Shown: one piece after another, positions 62,289 through 64,000 of the stretch
How the letters are laid out: every line of letters begins with the position of its first letter
Numbering within the stretch: the stretch's first letter is position 1
Assembly: GCA_029262455.1 (NCBI GenBank)
Contig: JAJCZJ010000105.1
Location: 4,885 to 68,884 of the forward strand
DNA from: Deltaproteobacteria bacterium
Lineage (GTDB): Bacteria > Desulfobacterota > Binatia > HRBIN30 > CADEER01
Length of the DNA: 64,000 nucleotides
Direction: 5' to 3'
Position numbers and translations under genes: made by a program
The notes under the pieces: generated by a model
The model's database searches: none
The model's input: only the letters and a program-made list of their open reading frames with translations
What the model was told of the DNA's origin: nothing

Positions 62289-63565
62289 GGGACCCTGTGC
62301 GGGTCGTCGAACCTCTGCGAAATCCTCCTGACACGACCGTGCGGGTGCCGGGCTCGAAGTCGATCACCAACCGGGCGCTATTGCTTGCTGCGCTGGCCGA
62401 GGGGGAGTCGCGGCTCACCGGGGCGTTGTTCAGTGATGATACGCGCTACATGGCCTCGGCCCTGAACGATCTTGGAGTCGCGGTCGAAGCCGACGAAGAC
62501 GCCCGCGAAATTCGCGTCGCCGGCAGCGGTGGGCAGTGGCCGAAAGACGCCGGCGATCTCTTCGTCGGCAACGCCGGGACCGCGATGCGTTTCTTGGTCG
62601 CGGCGCTGTGTCTCGGCCAAGGTTCCTACCGGATCGACGGAACGGAGCGAATGCGGCAGCGGCCGATCCAAGACTTAGTGGACGCGCTGCGCGGTTTGGG
62701 CGCGGATATCGAGTGCGAGCTGGCCAATGGGGCCCCGCCGGTGATCTGTCGCGCGCGTGGGCTCGCTGGCGGGACGGTCGTTGTCGATGCTTCGCGTAGC
62801 AGTCAGTTCTTGTCTGCTGTCTTGCAAGTCTCGCCGTACTCCGATCGAGATGTGTCGATCGAAGTCGCCGGCGAGCTGATCTCCGAACCGTACGTCGACA
62901 TGACCATCGGAGTCATGAAAGCGTTTGGGGTTGAAGTGCGACGTGTCGAAAAGGCATGGCTCATTGAAACCGGCAAGTCTTATCGCGGGACGGATTATGC
63001 GATCGAACCGGATGCCTCGGCGGCACACTACTTTTGGGCTGCGGCTGCGTTGACCGGCGGACGCCTGCGGGTCGACGGGCTCGACCGCCGATCGATTCAA
63101 GGTGATGTGGCTTTTGTCGATCTATTGAGCGCGATGGGCGCCGAAGTCGATGACGGTCCGGGCTACGTGGAAGTCACGGGCCGCGGGAAGCTGAAGGGGA
63201 TCGACGTCGATATGAATGCAATCTCGGATACCGCCCCGACCTTAGCCGTGATGGGTGCGTTTTGTAGCGAGCCAGTGCGTATTCGCAATGTCGAGCATAT
63301 GCGTTGGCAAGAGAGTGATCGGTTGAGTGCGGTTGCCACGGAGTTGGCCCGTCTCGGTGTGCGCGTGGACGAAGAGCGCGACGGCCTCACGGTGTATCCG
63401 ACCGCACCGCACGGTGGCACGATTGAGACGTATGATGACCATCGCATCGCGATGAGTTTTGCCCTTGCCGGTTTGATGACCCAGGGAATATCGATCTCCA
63501 ATCCCAATTGCGTGAGCAAAACTTTTCCCGACTACTTCGAAAGACTCGAGGAGCTGCGTCGATGA
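62285..63565 (+). CDS. aroA: 3-phosphoshikimate 1-carboxyvinyltransferase (EPSP synthase)
   Basis: VPGSKSITNRALLLAALAEGES..., plus length and context. Confidence 0.95.
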   Translation: MRDPVRVVEPLRNPPDTTVRVPGSKSITNRALLLAALAEGESRLTGALFSDDTRYMASALNDLGVAVEADEDAREIRVAGSGGQWPKDAGDLFVGNAGTAMRFLVAALCLGQGSYRIDGTERMRQRPIQDLVDALRGLGADIECELANGAPPVICRARGLAGGTVVVDASRSSQFLSAVLQVSPYSDRDVSIEVAGELISEPYVDMTIGVMKAFGVEVRRVEKAWLIETGKSYRGTDYAIEPDASAAHYFWAAAALTGGRLRVDGLDRRSIQGDVAFVDLLSAMGAEVDDGPGYVEVTGRGKLKGIDVDMNAISDTAPTLAVMGAFCSEPVRIRNVEHMRWQESDRLSAVATELARLGVRVDEERDGLTVYPTAPHGGTIETYDDHRIAMSFALAGLMTQGISISNPNCVSKTFPDYFERLEELRR

Positions 63566-64000
63566 TCTCCGTAATCGCAATCGATGGTCCGGCGGGAGCT
63601 GGTAAGAGCACGGTCAGTCGTCGATTGGCACAGGCCTTGGACTGGCAATACGTCGATACTGGCGCGATGTACCGCGTCGTCGGCTTTATAGCGGTTGGGG
63701 CCGGGGTCGATTTCTCCGATGTCGATGGATTGCGAAAAGTTTGTGACAATCTCGACCTGAGATTCGAGGAGGAAGGCGACGGTGTGCGAACCATCGCAAA
63801 TGGCCGCGACGTCTCTCATGCGATTCGCTCCGCCGAGGCAGGGCAGCTCGCTTCGAAGGTCTCTGTCGTGCCGATTGTGCGTGAGCGGCTGGTCGCCCTG
63901 CAGCGTGCGATGGGCGAAAAACGACCGACCGTGATGGAGGGCCGCGATATCGGCACAGTCGTATTTCCCGATGCCCAGCTTAAGATTTTCCTGCGTGCGA
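63562..64000 (+). CDS. cmk: Cytidylate kinase (canonical bacterial Cmk), partial at window end
   Basis: VIAIDGPAGAGKSTVSRRLAQALDWQYVDTGAMYR. Confidence 0.9.
   Translation, partial: MISVIAIDGPAGAGKSTVSRRLAQALDWQYVDTGAMYRVVGFIAVGAGVDFSDVDGLRKVCDNLDLRFEEEGDGVRTIANGRDVSHAIRSAEAGQLASKVSVVPIVRERLVALQRAMGEKRPTVMEGRDIGTVVFPDAQLKIFLRA

Overview
High-GC (~63-65%) chromosomal segment from a diderm (Gram-negative) bacterium, densely coding on both strands. No rRNA, tRNA, CRISPR array or transposase/integrase was recognisable.

The first ~28 kb contains what I consider a previously undescribed extracellular system. It comprises six paralogous Sec-secreted, Cys-rich proteins (P1-P6) with no domain I can recognise, encoded as two operons: P1-P2 at 2.6-5.3 kb and P3-P4-P5-P6 at 19.4-24.4 kb. 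Both operons are preceded by the same 15-nt promoter-like motif, CTTTT(T)CCGCTTGACA, and end in strong hairpin terminators. The P3-P6 operon is bracketed by two very large proteins, 16.4-18.9 kb and 24.96-27.1 kb. Each has a signal peptide, an N-terminal dockerin-like Ca-binding repeat pair, a ~550-aa Thr/Arg/Pro (TRT) low-complexity spacer encoded by near-perfect 102-bp DNA tandem repeats, and a homologous ~200-aa C-terminal domain. A single-domain CheY-like receiver lies between the operon and the second TRT gene. An FG-GAP/VCBS lipoprotein-like gene lies divergent to P1.

Other genes in this half are two ABC exporters, an alkyltransferase-like (ATL) protein, a YciI-like protein, thiI, a degenerate TrpC-like protein, a NUDIX CoA pyrophosphatase, an acyl-CoA synthetase, a metallophosphoesterase and dprA.

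The second half is core housekeeping. It holds a thermophile-style tRNA modification cluster (trmI-ttuA-ttuB), lysS, lolCD, bamA-skp-lpxA-lpxI-(Gfo/Idh/MocA oxidoreductase)-lpxB-msbA-(DUF374)-waaA-lpxK-(Trm112-like), a Kdo/LPS kinase, GT2 and GT9 glycosyltransferases and split hldE genes. It continues with yicC, an archaeal-type CMP kinase, rel, rpmB, ridA, mutL, miaA, pheA, tyrA, aroA and the start of canonical cmk. Many long ORFs in the six-frame track are high-GC antisense artefacts and were rejected.
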